From Octopus vulgaris (taxonomy: Eukaryota): a stretch of 64,000 bases of DNA. The first letter of the stretch is position 1. Each line of letters starts with the position of its first letter. Positions 28,631-42,152 of this stretch are shown piece by piece. The stretch spans positions 46,128,001-46,192,000 of the forward strand of contig OX597819.1 of the NCBI GenBank assembly GCA_951406725.2. Direction: 5' to 3'. The translations under genes and the position numbers were made by a program. The notes beneath the pieces were generated by a model. It saw only the letters and a list, made by a program, of their open reading frames with translations. It had not been told where the DNA came from and did no database searches.

Positions 28631-29957
28631 CTATATATATGTATATTACCGTACATCGGAACGTAATTTAATTGATGTCTCCATTCAGTGAGAATGTTTG
28701 CAACTGTAAACTATGAATGCTCGATTTTCAATCTACAGTCAGCATTACTGCTTATATAACAAGAACATTGCATCTGAAATTTCTCAAGTTGAAGAATGAT
28801 ATCTGAATATTCTAATTTACAAACTAACACATTACATATACAAAGAAAGCATTCAACTCTGCACGTTCAAACAATGAGTGGTGAAAGAGCAGATACAACC
28901 TATTTTATTTATAAAATCATACATCACTTGTATAGTGAAAATTAGATGCAAAGTTTCAGATTTTAAGGGATAACCTAGTAAGCAAGGAGAGAAGTGACTT
29001 GCTCATGCAGAAGACAAAGAAACCTGTTTTATGAGTAGGATTATTTTATACACACACACATCTAAAATCGATGTTCGTTCCCTAAGAATGGTTGAAAAGA
29101 AGTCGCTTAGAACGTACCAGTGTCTCCCCATAGGTGTATTTCTTCTATGTCTTTTCTACATTTGCTGCAGTGATCTTTATATCTCACATCTGATTAGTTT
29201 CGTAACATACTCACTGTAGTATTTCATGTTATTTACCCACTTCTAAAGAAGGCAAATAACAACATGACCACATCAACTCAAGATCTTTAGCGACACATCA
29301 TTTTATGCATGGATGTACCTTATGTGACCACAGACTGCAAAATTGAGGATACACAATATGATGCACAGCATCCAACCCATAAAGGACAGTCGCAGGATGG
29401 GTCAAAATGATCGTCGTAGGAAATAAGTGTTATACCAATTCCATCATCTGTTTAATTAATCGATCCTGATATATGTGTGTGTGTGTGTGAGTGTGTGCGC
29501 GCGCGTATGTGTGTGCGTGTGTTTGAATACATATATGTATGTATATGAGTAGGTATGTGCATATGTACATATATTTGTGTGTGTTTATGTACGTATGCGC
29601 ATACGTGGTGTATATTTATATATGTGTGTGTGTGTGTACGAGCATGAGTATGTATATAGATGTATGTGTGTGAATGTGTGTGCGTACATGAATTTGCATA
29701 TGTAACCGTACATGAGTGTATATAAGTAAAATCGTAGGGGACGTATATTCAGATGCGAATGCGTATATGTATAGATGAGAGCATGTACGTGTATATATGG
29801 CAGTGTACATATGTAGATCCATATAGAACGATGTATATGTACGTAAGTTCATCAACAAAATGACCAGTGAACTCTTGAAGGTCAGCCAATAGCAATTGCA
29901 AGGGTAACCGACCATGAAGAATAAATTAGCAGTACAAATAAATAGACTGACACCCCC

Positions 29958-30372
29958 TCTCTTTTGCTCTTTTACTTGTTTCAGTCATGTGATTGTAGCC
30001 ATGCTGGAGCACCGCCTTTAGTCGAGCAAATCGACCCCAGGACTTATTTTTTTTTGTAAGCGTAGTACTTACTCTATCGGTCTCTTTTGCCGAACCGCTA
30101 AGTTACGGGGACGTAAACACACCAGCATCGGTTGTCAAGCGATGTTGGGGGTACAAACACAGACACACAAATATATACACACACATACATATATATGCAT
30201 ATATACATATATCCAACGGGCTTCTTTCACTTTCCGTCTACCAAATCCACTGACAAGGCTTTGGTCGGCCCGAGGCTATAGTAGAAGACACTTTCCCAAG
30301 GTGCCACGCAGTGGGATTGAACCTGGAACCATGTGGTTCGTAAGCAAGCTACTTACCACTCAGCGACTCATG
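29958..30372 (-). mobile_element. SINE family 2 copy
   Basis: Reverse complement of the 27031-27465 type. Confidence 0.9.
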
Positions 30373-30789
30373 TGCCTCTAATAAGAGCCTCAATACTTAC
30401 CATATCCAATACTTACCATATCCAGCCTCCAACTCCAATAATTTTTTCTAAATAGATGAAAATAAAATAAAAAATTTCACAAGAAAAAGGAAATGAGATC
30501 TACAACACTTCTTTTTTCTCTCACTCTTTTATCAGGATTTTCTTTCTCTCTGAAATCAAACAATTCTTTCTTGTAATTCTGCCATTTCTGTATTTTAAAC
30601 TCTTGCCTCTTCCATATGCTTTCTGTTCCTTTCTCGTAGAGAGAACTAGATACATAGTCTCTGGATTGTGAAATGAAAAAGTGATGTTTCCTGCAAGATC
30701 AAATTATTATGAATTTGAATACACGTATGAATGTGTGTTTATGTGTGTATCTGATTATTTTAACAACAACAACAATGGACATGAAAAAT

Positions 30790-31232
30790 ATATATCAAGT
30801 AACGTAAAAGCGGTGTTATTGTTTGGGGCTGAGACATGGCGAACAACTGTTAAGTCAAATAAGTAAATACAATCATTCATCAACAGATGCTTGCGTAGTA
30901 TAGTCAAAATTAGATGGCACGAACACATAAGCAATATGGAGCTATGGCAAAGAACAAATGAAGTTTCGATTAGGGAGCAAATATTTAAGAAAAAGTGGAA
31001 GTGGATAGGTAGCACAATTAGAAAAGACACCAAATGTAGCGAAAAGTGCTTTACAGTGGAATCCGAATGGATATAGAAAGAAAGGTAGGCCTAAGAACTC
31101 ATGTCGTAGATCAACACAAAAGGAAAAGAGAAAGGGGGACATTCATGGCAGAGTATAAGTGCAGAAGCGAAAAATTATGCGACATGGAATTCAATTATAA
31201 GTGGCCTATACTTCACGTTGGAGGGTTAAAGG
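30790..31232 (+). mobile_element. Decayed RTE-clade LINE 3' fragment (second family)
   Basis: SNVKAVLLFGAETW, FINRCLRSIVKIRW, ISNMELWQRT, KWKWIG and LQWNPNGYRKKGRPKNS, with stops and a frameshift. Confidence 0.85.
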
Positions 31233-31809
31233 CAGAAAAAAAAAGGTCAGAAAAGTTGGTTTTTGTTTATAAATTTAAAAGAAATAATAGACACATTGGT
31301 AAATTCCTACTGTTTTTAGATTTATGGTACAATACATTTAAAGCGGATTCATCAGCAGACTTTCGACCACTACACACATTTTGATATACTACGTGGTTAT
31401 TTCGACCACGTATAGCCACGACAAGCAGAAAGGGCGCTGTCAAAGTCGAAAGTGTGAGTTTACTGAACACAGAGACAATATTTAAATATCAGCTGATGAG
31501 ACACAAGATCTCATAATTCAGGAACATAGTTACATAACCAAATACCCGCGAACCTGGAGAACTATGTTGCGTAGAAACAACTGTAGCAATTACAAATAAA
31601 TGTTCCTCTGTACTGCTTCTTGTTGACTTATTCAATTATAAATTTACACTCTACAGAAGCTCCAACGCAAATCTGGCAGTAGTTATAATGCTACTGTTGG
31701 ATAGCACTGGGTGAAATCTAAAGGTGAACAAGTTTTATATTATACTCTATTACGTTTTCAACAGAATATCACCTAACTACATATAAATTTATGTATACAC
31801 ATATATATG

Positions 31810-32005
31810 TGGAGGCGCAATGGCCCAGTGGTTAGGGTAGCGGACTCGCAGTCGCAGGATCGCGGTTTCGATTCTCAGACCGGGCGAAAACACCTAAAGT
31901 TCCAGGAGGTTCCGGCAGCGGGTGGTGGCGACGCCTGCTGTACTCTTTCACCCCAACATCTCTCACCCTCTCTCTTCCTGTTTCTTTAGTAACGCTGCGA
32001 TGGAC
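31810..32005 (+). mobile_element. SINE family 3 copy, truncated by an inverted duplication
   Basis: ggaggcgcaatggcccagtggttaggg head. Confidence 0.85.
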
Positions 32006-32023
32006 GTCAAATAATACTAAATA

Positions 32024-32290
32024 ATACTACGCAAGCATCTGTTGATAAATGATTGTATTTACTTATTTGACTTAACAGTTATTCGCCATGTCTCAGCCCC
32101 AAACAATAACACCGCTTTTACGTTACTTGATATATATTTTTCATTTCCATTGTTGTTGTTGTTAAAATAATCAGATACACACATAAACACACATTCATAC
32201 GTGTATTCAAATTCATAATAATTTGATCTTGCAGGAAACATCACTTTTTCATATCACAATCCAGAGACTATGTATCTAGTTCTCTCTACG
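32024..32290 (-). repeat. 267-bp inverted duplicate of 30635-30901
   Basis: Reverse-complement match with about 4 substitutions; also seen as twin ORFs 30681(+) and 32059(-). Confidence 0.95.
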
Positions 32291-32400
32291 TTGGGGGGAA
32301 CACATACGCCACAGAAACCGCGAAGCCGGGCCCATGAGCCCGTTTCGGCTTGAAAAGGGCGCATAAAAATACATATATATACATACACACAAACATATTA

Positions 32401-32511
<111 letters not shown>

Positions 32512-32787
32512 GTGTATTGAGGAACAATAAAATAAACACAAATATATATTATTAGTTTTCGCACTCATACAGTAGTAATCGTGTAGTTTCTCGCATCCAT
32601 ATTTTCTACAAGAGTGCATACGTGGAAATATTAGAGAAGGAATAAGAATTGTGAAAATATTGTGAAAAATGTAAAACACGGTAAATCTATGTGGCTTCCA
32701 CTAACAATCATTCAAGATCGAAATGAATTGCGTGTCATAAGGAAGTTTATATGTGCGAGATCGTTGAGCATGTAGAAGATTGGTGCC

Positions 32788-32929
32788 CAATAATAATAAT
32801 AAGAAGAAGAAGAACAAGAAGAAGAAGAAGAAGAAGAAGAAGAAGAAGAAGAAGAACAAGAAGAACAAGAATAATAATAATGATAATAATAATGACGATG
32901 ATAATAATAATACTAATAATAATAATAAC

Positions 32930-32970
<41 letters not shown>

Positions 32971-32992
32971 CAACAACAATAACAATGATAAC

Positions 32993-33065
<73 letters not shown>

Positions 33066-33101
33066 GCAGCAACAACAACAGCAACAATAACCACAACAGC
33101 A

Positions 33102-33181
<80 letters not shown>
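32788..33181. repeat. Compound (AAG)n/(AAT)n/(AAC)n microsatellite
   Basis: Read directly. Confidence 0.96.
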
Positions 33182-33183
<2 letters not shown>

Positions 33184-34153
33184 GCACATGGCCTTGGCAA
33201 TGCATATATATCTCAAGTTAACTACACGGAAATCGATCTCGTTCGATACATGATCAAAGAGAGTCATAGTTGGAGATAAATCCTTTCTGGAGCTTTACCA
33301 TTTAAAATCGATACGGCACAAAACTACAAAGATGTATGTATCGACCCCACTAAGTTGATACATAATGTATGGTGGTCTTGTTACGTTTGTTGTTGCTATT
33401 TTATTTTTATTTTTTCCTCGCGGGTCATTAATCTAGTTTTAGCCGCAAAAATGAAGAATTTTTACACGAAATAGAATTGACAAATAAGTTGTGTGTCCTT
33501 ATATATGAAACTATAAATTATAAGCATTTTTGAGAGAATTCGGTCAATCAGTACGTCTAATTAAATATCAAGGTGAATTAGATTGACCGTAGAATAATAC
33601 TAGAATTATGTTGTTTTTTTATAGGAAAGCTATGTAATATTACAACAAATAAAAAGTCTCAGCGATGCAATATTCCTGAGTCTACAGGAGCGTATGCCAG
33701 GAGAGAAAGATAAAGAGAATGAAGGGAGAGAAAGAGAGAAAGAAAAAGAAATTCAGATAGAGACACAGAAAAGATAAATTAACATACACACATACACACA
33801 TAGGCCTACCCGCACTCACAAAAACACACACGCACACTCAGGCCTACTCGCACGCACAAACACACAAACATGCACACACGCACAGACATATACATCTGAA
33901 ACTAGATAAATCACTCAAGATTTTCGTGGAAAGGAAAGAGCCAAAGTACTAATCAAAGAATTTTACGCTTGATTTGGAACGAAACGGTCTCTTAAGCTAG
34001 ATTTGCTTTCTGCACAATTTCCATTTACCAAATCCCTCTCAATATATTGCACAACAACGATTTTACCAGTGAAAACCTTACCAAACCATGCAATGGGGCG
34101 AAAATCTGTGGCCTATGTCATAACTACTGTATATTTCTGCAATTTTCAAACAC

Positions 34154-34225
<72 letters not shown>

Positions 34226-34248
34226 TGCGCTTCCTCTTCATTTTTTCA

Positions 34249-34282
34249 TTCTGAAGAAGGACCAATGATGGAAACGTCAAAG
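34249..34282 (+). ncRNA. Degenerate hammerhead-like motif
   Basis: CTGAAGA-aggaccaatgatg-GAAAC-GTC: core and GUC triplet intact, stems I and II weak. Confidence 0.4.
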
Positions 34283-34434
34283 CATTCCGTCCCCTTGTGG
34301 ACCCATCAAACATTATTATGTACACGTGCTTCTTTATTGTTTTAGTTATTTTAAGATCTTTTCTTCATTTTACTTCTTGCATATATAAACACATACATAC
34401 ATACGTATGTTCATAAATATGTGTGTACAAGTGT

Positions 34435-34499
<65 letters not shown>

Positions 34500-35521
34500 A
34501 TAATAAATATTAGGGAATAAATCCAAATTTACAGGGAAAAAATCAGATTTAGGATTAAATCCAATTTTATAGTAAATATTATATAACATTAATATTGTTT
34601 TGCAAAATAGTGGTTTTGTCTCTAATTAATATTATATGTATATATATATATATATATGTATATGTATGTATGTATATTACTCTAAGAAATTCCAACTTTG
34701 ATTTTCACGTTTTATTTACAATCTCATAATAATATAACATATAATAAAATATAATATAATATAATATAATATAATATAATATAATATAATACAATATAAC
34801 ATATAATATAATGAAATGATAGAATATTAAATGTCTATTTTGACTGAACTAGTACTTTAATGCATTAAACTATGCAATCTTCATGTTCATGTAGTAGTAG
34901 TGACAGTTATGTTTTACAATTTACAACTGTCTATATATATGTACATATACGCATTCATATATACACAAGCACACACACACACATATATATATACACACAC
35001 AAACACTCATACACACACATATATATATACACATACATGCATAGATACATAGATACATACATACATACATACATACATACATACAAAATTTAAAGGACTG
35101 ACCACTAAAAGTGGACAGTCAATATGCTAGATATAGACGTCAAAATCGCTATTTTCCGCGAAGAATGTGTTCTCAAGAAAAAACTCAGCAAAAAACCAAA
35201 GTGTAAAAAAATAAGCAAGACAAAGGAAAATATACGAAACAAAAAACGATTACCTATGTACTAATCAGTTTAACTTGTTAATATTCACGTATGCAAGATC
35301 ATCAGCATAGTCTGTCGTTTACTAGATACAGAACGCTTGACCGAAATCCCACATGCATAGAGTTCAACAAATTATATTTATGTGTATCTTTCAAATGCCT
35401 TCACTTGTGATGATGTAAACTTAATATATCCAAAGATAGTAAGGAATTGGTAAAATAAAGAATACTGTGAACATAACGGTAAAAGATAAAGGCACCCTTC
35501 GGTGATGAACGACAATGAGAC

Positions 35522-35815
35522 TGCACCCCTGAAAGTTCCCCTCTGAGGCACAAGTCCGGTCAAAGTTGTTTATAGAAGACCAGCAGTCACCCATGCATAC
35601 CAGTCTCCTCTCTTAGAGCCACATATGTTATCCAAGAGAAAGGCAGAGGACGATACAGCTTGGCACCAGTGACATCGCAACTCATTTCTACCGCAGAGTG
35701 AACTGGAGCAACGTGAAATAAAGTGTCTTGCTCAAGAACACAACGCACAGCTCGGTCCGGGAATCGAAGTCACTACCTCATTATTGAGACCGATGCACTA
35801 ACCACTGAGCCAAGC
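35522..35815 (-). mobile_element. tRNA-derived SINE; sister copy at 37279-37626
   Basis: Minus head ggctcagtggttag..cttcgattcccgg, then gttcttgagcaagacactttatttca. Confidence 0.85.
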
Positions 35816-35959
35816 GAGAATCAATGAATCAATTTGGTCTGAGGAGATCCAAACACCAAAATCGAATATTATTCTTGAAACTAAAAGTGACAAGAATAAT
35901 ACACATCGTAATTTTTAGTCCAGTATCAAATTTGTGTGTGTCTATATTTATGTTTATCT

Positions 35960-37270
35960 CTCAATCTCCAATACAACATCTGGGTCATCTATTATATCTA
36001 CTTCCCAAACCGTTATGCTTATTGAACCCCGCTTTCATACACGATGAGATGGATTTCTTTAAACATGTCCGATCAACCATCCCAGAAGGAATTATTCTAA
36101 CAAGCTTCAACCTAAGTAATCCTCTTATATTAGTATGATATACTCATTAAGCATAGAAGTAGCGGGATTCTTAGTAGAAAATTATGTAGAAATATTAAAT
36201 CTAAATAAAGATTCAAAACTAACTTCGTCATCAAAGCTATACGTTTAGTACAAGAAGAGAACACGTTTAGCTTTGATGAAAAAATTGTAAGGTGATGAAA
36301 GAACAACTACGAGAACAAGTATATCTCATAATGAGTTACTTAGAAAAAATTTATTCCAAGAAGTAAAAGGAATATTTAGTCAAAATCTTAAGAATTACAT
36401 TATTGAGAAGTAGAAATGCTTCCTCGACAACTAGCTTATTCTGGAGAAACAAGTGAAGTGACTAACTTCAAATATTTTGTTATATTCTAAACGCCCTTCA
36501 TCCATCCATTAAATTCCCAACAGAAACCTGTTAAAGTGACCTACTTATTTTAGACATCCATATAAAATTATTTTATATATATATATAAAACTTCAAATTA
36601 ACGAGTGATATATTTTACACAAGAAAACAAAACAGACACACGCACCAGTTTTGAACTTGTGCTTTTATCACACATCAAGCGAAACATTCTGTATAGTATA
36701 GCGAGAAGTATTTGCGCAAGAGGTGTTGAACTCTGGCGTAAATAAGACTTCCTATAGTATATTTCGATAATTCGACTTGATAAACTTAGAGACTTTTTAC
36801 GGCTTCAAAACCACCCCTTGAAATTAATAGACAACGGGATTTAAAAAGCAAAGAGAGTAAATATACTATAAGTGAAGTCGCCTAGAAAATGTTGACGGGA
36901 AAATTATTCCGATTATCAATACGCATGATCCAGGAGTGACAAAATTATTCAACATCATAAAAGCAAATCTATCAATCATATTTCAAAGCTCTAACATGAA
37001 AGATCTAGTCAAAGAAAATTGTATATTGAACAGCAAACATCACTGAAAACATTTCAAAAAAACACCGCACAATGGCAGAATTCATGTCAGAACATAATTC
37101 TGAATTTACTGTGCAAAGTTTTAAAGAGGGTAGTTATGGAATATGCGTAAGAATCTAAAATATATGGAAACTGATTCCAATATGAAATTGAAAAGAAGAG
37201 TTTCTTTCCAATTAAATGCCAACATGAACTGCAGAACATGAAAACTACTATATAACATATGTGTACAAAT
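35960..37270 (+). mobile_element. Decayed Penelope-like element ORF (RT and start of GIY-YIG domain)
   Basis: QSPIQHLGHLLYLLPKPLC, FIHDEMDF, IILTSFNLSN (cf. ILVSFDVxxLY), KCFLDN (cf. RYLDD), LHPSIKF, HIKRNILYSIARSIC, KLIDNGI and FQLNANMNCRT*KLLYNIC; many stops and frameshifts. Confidence 0.82.
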
Positions 37271-37278
37271 ATATTCTG

Positions 37279-37626
37279 AAACCCCCCTATCGGTCACGAC
37301 ACTTACCATGGGATTGCACCTAGAAAGTTACCCTCCCAGGCACAGGTCCGGGCAAGGTTGTTTATGGAAGACCAGCAGTTGCCCATGTATACATACCGGC
37401 CTCCTCTCTCCACGTCACCAGTGTTATCCAAGGGAAAGCCAACGGCCGATACAGCTTATTCATCAGTGATGCCGCAATGATGTCATTTCTACAGCTGAGT
37501 GCACTGGAGCAAAATGAAATAAAGTGTCTTGCTCAAGAACACAACACGCAGCACAACACGGGATTCGAGCTCACAACCTCACGATCGTAAGCTTGACGCT
37601 CTAACCACTGAGCCATGCGCCTTCAC
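37279..37626 (-). mobile_element. tRNA-derived SINE
   Basis: Minus head gaaggcgcatggctcagtggttagagcgtcaagcttacgatcgtgaggttgtgagctcgaatccc. Confidence 0.88.
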
Positions 37627-37656
37627 CTTTTAATATATATAGGTATGTTTGTGTGT

Positions 37657-37948
37657 ATGTCATTTTGATAGGCTACAGTGATTACTGATTTAGTTTCTGT
37701 TGTTCCTTATATTGGTAAAGTTTTAGTTTATTGCATTTGAGGGGGGTTTTCTCTAGATAATGCTACTTTAGGTCGATATTTTTGTTTTCATTTTTTTTCT
37801 TCTTTCCATTTATTATTGCCGGTGTAGTGATTTTACATATATTTTTTTTACATGAAAGAGGTTCAAGTAATCCGTTAGGATTAAATAGAGATTTAGATAA
37901 AATTCCTTTTTCTCATTATCATGGTTATAAGGATATGTTAGGGTTTCT
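37657..37948 (+). pseudogene. cytb: NUMT: mitochondrial cytochrome b fragment
   Basis: Invertebrate mt code gives [73 protein letters not shown] (TGA=W, AGA=S); one in-frame TAG and a frameshift. Confidence 0.93.
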
Positions 37949-39174
37949 TGTGCATGTGCCCTTTTAGAAGGGTCAGAGGGGATAAAAACTCGTACATCAA
38001 CACTATACGATCGAAGGTGAAACTACCCTCGTCCTGATAAACATTCAGAAACTCAGGCATTATTGCAATAAGGACAAAACTGTGCATATGCATAACTTAA
38101 AGCTTCCTTTTCCTTGTTTATTTCTGTTTAGTAGTAGTATTAGTAGTTCGTGGTAGTTTTAGTATTAGTAGTGGTAAGAGTTAGTAATAGAAACTATTAA
38201 TTATTTCTACTAAATTTTCTCTATTAACAGAATATATATACAAATATATGTGCATGTGTGTGTGTATTGATAGGGAGGATAGACAAACAGACATATACAT
38301 AAATATATGTACAAGTATAATCACTCTCTCTCTCACCCTCTCTCTCCCTTTCTCTCTCTCCCTTTCTCTCTCTCCCTATCTCTCTCTATATATATACATA
38401 TATATATACATACATAATAACATCTGATTGAGACAACGAAATATTAAGCCTTGTGGTAGAGTGATAGTTAATAATGTTCCTGATAAAGACTCTGTGGTTA
38501 TTAAGTCACGTGACAGAAGACGTTCATTAACCAGAGACATCATTAACAACCAATGAAGTCATAGCAGAGAGAAGGTGGATATGTCAATGGGTCTCTCACA
38601 TATAACACAATGATATGTTTGGTTTTGTTTTGTTTTGCTACTGTTCTGTAGTATTTTTTCTTTTTTGTTTTTTCTTTTTTTTTTTTTTTGCTTTTCACTA
38701 TTTCAACTATTGTGTATAGTCATTATTTATACATCAATCAGACTTTTGAATTGGCGGCTGATTACACCATATAGAACACTCCCACTTTCGACATACATGC
38801 ACACAGCTCTCTCTTTCAAATGAAGTAAGATATACCCAGGATCCAACTTTATACATTATTTCATTAACACTTCCCCCTACACATAGGTTTCTGTCTCCTC
38901 TTTTCTCTTATATATGTTTGCTCGTGTCTATATATTTACTTATATCTGCTACTACCTACCGAACCTTCACAAAAGTAAAAGAGGGAGACAGAAAAAAGGA
39001 AAACCTCCTACCTGTTTGAAGATTATCGAAATATTTTGAAAAAACATTTCACTTATTTTTTCCACAGTTTTTCTTGCTTTATTCTAAGTTAAGAAACATT
39101 GAGTATACTCGACAACACATTTGCCGGCTAAGTATATATTGTATATTTGTGGATTATCGATGCATATATATGTG

Positions 39175-39274
<100 letters not shown>

Positions 39275-39383
39275 TGTGTGTGTGTGTATATATACATATA
39301 TATATGTGTGTATGTATAAATATATATCGTTTCACAAATACACACGCGTGTGCACGCACACACACACACACACACACACACGC

Positions 39384-39414
<31 letters not shown>

Positions 39415-39534
39415 TATAGATATAGATATCTATACCTACATATGTGTGCATATATATATGTATATATATATGTATATGTATATATATTTACGTATACATA
39501 TGTATGTATGTACAGATATATATGTATATAAATA

Positions 39535-39568
<34 letters not shown>

Positions 39569-40096
39569 CGTATATATACATACAAAGTTGTGTACATACG
39601 CATATATGTATACACTGGCCTACATAATGTTCTACGTATACACACACGCACACTCACATCCCCCACACATTCATACACACACATACACACACATACACAC
39701 ACATGCACACACACACATACACACACACACACACACACTCAACACAACACAAGGTCCAAAGAATATTTGATACTTATAATTCTTTCTCTTTTTCTTTCGG
39801 ACTTGTTCTTAAATGCCGTTTGGTACTGTTTGACATTCTCAGAAGCGAAGATGACTTCAAGAAATCAAGAAATTATATAGCATAGTATTTTATATTCATA
39901 CACACGCATACGGATAAATACACACTCGCACATACTCATGAGTGTACATACGTATACACACACACACATATAACTATTTGCATATTTATATACATAAACG
40001 TCAACGTACACATACACTTGCATACAACTGTATATATATCAGCGTGTGCATGTGTATAAATGTGTGTATGTTGGTATGTGTATGTTCGTGTTTGTC

Positions 40097-40130
<34 letters not shown>

Positions 40131-40351
40131 GCTACACACGGCCAGGTAAAAACAAGGATAGATATTTGTTTCCGATATTTGGGTAAGTAGTAATTCAAAT
40201 ATATTTTTTTTACACAGAAGAGAATATGCGATGATTTGTGTATATATGTGTATATGTATCATGTTATGTGTAGTGATGCAAAAATATATTTCAACAAATG
40301 CGTATATATATATATATATATATATATACAATTATGTCTTCCCTTAGTCTT

Positions 40352-40749
40352 TTATTCTTTCATTCTTTTACTTGTTACAGTCATTTGACTGCGGCCATGC
40401 TGGAGCATCGCCTCTGCTTGAACAGACCGACCCCAGGAATTATTCTTTGTAAGCCTGGTACTTATTCTATCGGGTGCTTTTACCGAACAGCTAACTTACG
40501 GGTATGTAAATACACCAATATCGGTTGTCAAACGATGGCAGAGGGACAAACACAGACACACAAACACAAATATATATACATATATATATATATATATATG
40601 GGACGGGCTTCTTTCAGTTTCCGTCTACCAAATCCACTCGCAGCGCTTAGGTCGGCCCGAGGCTACTGTAGAAGTCACTTGCCCAAGGTACCATGCAATG
40701 AGACTGAACCTGGAACCATGTGCTTGAGAAGCACACACCCACTCTTCCG

Positions 40750-40750
<1 letters not shown>
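40352..40750 (-). mobile_element. SINE family 2 copy
   Basis: Same modules as 27031-27465, reverse complemented. Confidence 0.88.
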
Positions 40751-40807
<57 letters not shown>

Positions 40808-40823
40808 TTTATATATATATATA

Positions 40824-41057
40824 TATTTCTTTACTACCCACAAGGGGCTAAACACAGAGGGGACAAACAAGGACAGACAAAGGGGTTAAGTCGATTTCAT
40901 CGGCCCCCAGTGCGTAACTGGTACTTAATTTATCGCCCCCGAAAGGAAGAAGGGCAAAGTCAACCTCGGCAGAATTTGAACTCAGAACTTAACGACAGAC
41001 GAAATACGGCTACGCATTTCACCCGGCGTGCTAACGTTTCTGCCAGCTCGCCGCCTT
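40824..41057 (-). mobile_element. SINE family 1 (tail B), full length, in (TA)n
   Basis: tatttctttactacccacaaggggctaaacac..ttctgccagctcgccgcc. Confidence 0.9.
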
Positions 41058-41077
41058 GTATATATATATATATATAC

Positions 41078-41185
<108 letters not shown>

Positions 41186-41287
41186 GGAGTAAACACATAA
41201 ATGTGAAACAAGGTGGAAAAAAGAGTACTCAAATACCAGTGGTAGAGTAATATGCTTTATTTTAAGCAGCAGAAAATTCAACAAAAT

Positions 41288-41325
41288 CTGTTACTCTGAG
41301 TTTCTCGTTGCCGTTCATCAGACAG
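41288..41325 (-). ncRNA. Minimal type I hammerhead ribozyme (family A), intact core
   Basis: Reverse complement of ctgtCTGATGAacggcaacgaGAAACtcagaGTAacag. Confidence 0.78.
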
Positions 41326-41341
41326 TTTTTTCTAGCAAAAA

Positions 41342-41379
41342 CTGTCTGATGAACGGCAACGAGAAACTCAGAGTAACAG
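41342..41379 (+). ncRNA. Minimal type I hammerhead ribozyme (family A), intact core
   Basis: ctgtCTGATGAacggcaacgaGAAACtcagaGTAacag. Confidence 0.78.
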
Positions 41380-41411
41380 ATTTTGTTGAATTTTCTGCTG
41401 CTTAAAATAAA

Positions 41412-41463
<52 letters not shown>

Positions 41464-41911
41464 ACACATATATATATATATACATACATACATATTCATA
41501 TATATGCATGCATAACAGCACAGACGTAGGAGTGCGTTCCTTTGTATATTCAGTCACACACACACACACACACTCACACACACACACACATACACACACA
41601 TACATATTAAATGTGTTTAGTATCATAGAAGCCTCTTGCAGACAAACCCTTTTTCCTATATAACCAGCCTGCTAGACTTTTGCAGCAACTCTAACCAGCT
41701 AACCAGCTTTGTCAACTTCCAATTATCTACCGAACACACCCAAAACAACCAGCCTTCAAACTAACCCAGAAAAACACATCCACTACACCCTCCATCTACA
41801 TTCCTCCACTACCTACATCTTCTAATTCTTTTGTTGTTATTGTACTTGTGCTTCGCTTTTTGTTTTTGATCCGGTTGTTTTTACGGTTGTTTTTGTTGTT
41901 TGTTTCATTTA

Positions 41912-42152
41912 TCAAATCGTGGTAGAAATGCAATCATAATCAGCGGCGTTTTCTGATGTCTCTTCTAACGAAGCTTCATTACCTGACATCATTGCAAAGC
42001 TACGAAATAATGACGACTTCTTATATCTTACGCTTTTTCGTTTTGCGCTAGATTTCTTTGATTTTTCGATGGCGTTGGGTTTTGGGCTGTGATGATAGTA
42101 GTAGTGGTGGAAGCGAAATTGGTGGTGGTGGATGCTGCTACTTGTAATGCTC
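41912..42152 (-). CDS. Possible host coding exon (unassigned)
   Basis: Open frame SITSSSIHHHQFRFHHYYYHHSPKPNAIEKSKKSSAKRKSVRYKKSSLFRSFAMMSGNEASLEETSENAADYDCISTTI** after a cag; alternative donor CAG|gtaatg at 41983. No homology recognised. Confidence 0.25.

Noticed and set aside
35522-37626. Direct repeats flanking the RT relic as LTRs of an LTR retrotransposon
   Set aside because: They are diverged tRNA-headed SINEs in antisense orientation, with no TG..CA ends, PBS or PPT; the RT is PLE-type.
38478-38515. ctgataaagact..agtcacgt as a hammerhead
   Set aside because: Core G8 and GAAA are missing; only a short stem.
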